Source: Catajapyx aquilonaris
Lineage: Eukaryota
DNA: 23,717 bases
Assembly (NCBI GenBank): GCA_000934665.2
Contig: KZ538224.1
Coordinates: forward strand, 372,001 to 395,717
Direction of reading: 5' to 3'
Within the stretch, counting starts at the first letter, position 1. Each line of letters begins with the position of its first letter. The translations under genes and the position numbers were made by a program. This document shows, one piece after another, positions 21,897-23,717 of the stretch. Under the pieces are notes generated by a model. That model did no database searches and was not told the origin of the DNA. It saw only the letters and a list, made by a program, of their open reading frames with translations.

Positions 21897-23717
21897 TTCA
21901 AAGCTGGATGCCATTCCATAGCAACGGATGCGGTGAGCTTCAGGAGACATGTTCCCCATCGCCCTTTGCCATGGATCATTTTTGAAAACATCCAGTCTCC
22001 CGGCAGCGAGTGATGTCAAGTGTTGCGGCCTGACTTTGTGCCAATTTGAGGCTAGATTGAATTGTTAACCTGGTTGGCAGCGCCCTCTTGACTCCTCCGT
22101 CGCGCAATTAATCCCTGCAATTTGCATGCCCGCTTTTTTTGCAAGGTCTGGCGTCTCTCCAATCATGTCTAGAGTGTAAAACAGTGCCAGCGTATTGACT
22201 TCGGGTCCGGTTAAGAGAAGACGAGTAAAAAACCAAGTTATGTGCATATTATGAGTCAGGCTACTGACTCGTTAACTAATCAGACATTTTTATTGCGACC
22301 GGCTTTTTCGCGAGAAACCGGATTGCGAAAGGCGTGAATTGTTTGTAGGAAGGTGCAAAATTCTGTCATGATATTCTTTTTTTGTTGTAAAAGTTTGCGT
22401 AAACTTTTAAGCACTGTTTACTCGAAGGTGTTTGTTGTGAAGCTCGCCCAAAATAAAGTTGCGGACACATAAAAACTGGAAGGCCATTTCCGAGCGAACT
22501 TTTGCACTAGAAGAGACAATATACCATTAGCTGAAAAAAAAGTTTCGATGGTCACTTCCAGTCTGGCCTTCGCTTCCACTCTCAAAAAAAAAAAGTTTGG
22601 AGAACACATCGCTAACTTTTCCTTACAGTTTCGTAACTCAACCGTTGCGTTTTTGGACCAGTCTGTCCCGTGAATTTAAATCTAAAAGAACAGTGCGTGT
22701 TTTCAGAGAATAAATCATTTTACCTGTTTTCTCCTCCGATATTTTTTTTTTAAACTTAAATCAGAAAAGAGCGTGACACAAATTTTAAACTTGCTATTGG
22801 ACCGGTCCATTTTTTGTACAAAAAAGCGTCACCTGCGCACTTGGCGAATTTTAAGCTTTGGCAATTAGCTCGCAAATTCCTGCGCCAAACGTACGCTTCG
22901 ATGAACACCGACAGGATCATGTCCCGCGAGAACTTTGTCAAATTGAGCTGACATTTGACAAGAGCTTGATGCAAATGTTAATACCCCCACCCCAGCTCAT
23001 GGGAGACTCATCCGCAGGGCTCGAGCATTGTCGCAAATTGGAGCCCAGATTTTTATTATGTAGATACCACGCTTTATCAAAGCCATACATGTGTATGCTA
23101 TTTCCTGACATGGATTATCCCACGCCGGTCGGATAACCGCGGAGCTGTTTGAAGCTGAAAATTTTGGACCCCGAATTTTTCAGAGGCTTGAAGCTACATT
23201 TGCACGATTTTAAACTAGTTTATACTGAGCAAACATTTACATTCAGGATAGTAAAAAAAACAATCTGACAAGTTGTTGGGTGGGGTGAAAGAGCGTGGGA
23301 TATTTTTAGTTCTAAAATTTGCTTCAAGTTAATTCCTGCAATTTACAAAAAAAATGCAAATCAGCTCGATTCGTGCTAAATTTCGGTTGTAAATTTGCCG
23401 TGTTGGAGATCGGTTCCTCCCATTTGAAAATTGAGAAACAGCTTTTTAGTGTGACTTGATCCGCCTTCCCTTTTTCGCTTGGATTTGAACGCTGTCATCT
23501 TAACCTAGATTTGGGGCGGAATCGAACAGTCTTCCCATCCTCCTCTTCACTTTTGGTGTGCTTTTAAGTACAGGTTTGGAACCCAAAAAATTGTACAAAA
23601 AAAAGCCCCCATTCGTGCTTCGAGGAATGTGGAGCTGCCTCTTCTCACGGCCGATCAATCAATCACGTGATGCCGATACTTATCAAAACCGTTTAACAAA
23701 ATAGACTGGCCTAATTG
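21897..23717 (+). mobile_element. Fossil Ty3/gypsy element E (starts mid-RT, runs off the right edge)
   Basis: Plus strand. RT: MPF (21908), SFRR, FAMDHF (~21965-21982), ANLRL, SGVSPIMSRV (22147), SLTNQT. RNase H: CEA, FCTR, AEKKVS..LAFASTLKKKKFGEHI (22530-22610). Integrase: VPREL..GDSSAG..FPDM (ORF 22858..23136), RSCL (23139), FQRLEATFARF (23178), VGDRFLPF (23402), HP, DW (23705). Confidence 0.82.

Noticed and set aside
278..23136. ORF-track entries as genuine genes or exons
   Set aside because: All are short (157 aa or less), overlapping and compositionally random. The recognisable parts are fragments of decayed gypsy gag/pol.

Overview
Eukaryotic, probably invertebrate, genomic DNA (microsatellites, two assembly gaps, no prokaryotic gene organisation). 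It has no intact protein-coding gene, and the ORF track is essentially spurious. Reading across stops and frameshifts, almost the whole window resolves into five very old, heavily decayed Ty3/gypsy LTR retrotransposons. A (<1-4651, minus), B (~4652-10391, minus) and C (~10483-15787, minus) lie head-to-tail. D (~15788-21896, plus) and E (21897->23717, plus) follow. Each shows eroded motifs in the gypsy order gag/PR-RT-RNaseH-IN; B, C and D retain diverged LTR pairs, and some PBS/PPT signals survive. Later events include a clear 385-bp Tc1/mariner-type MITE (6113-6497), tiny pogo-like MITE remnants, and five islands of a related degenerate TAGCAGCGAT/AAAATAAC minisatellite. All homology calls come from by-eye translation against remembered family consensus motifs and need HMM confirmation; boundaries are approximate. 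I found no demonstrable new biological system. The best candidates for follow-up are the array architecture and the dispersed repeat family.
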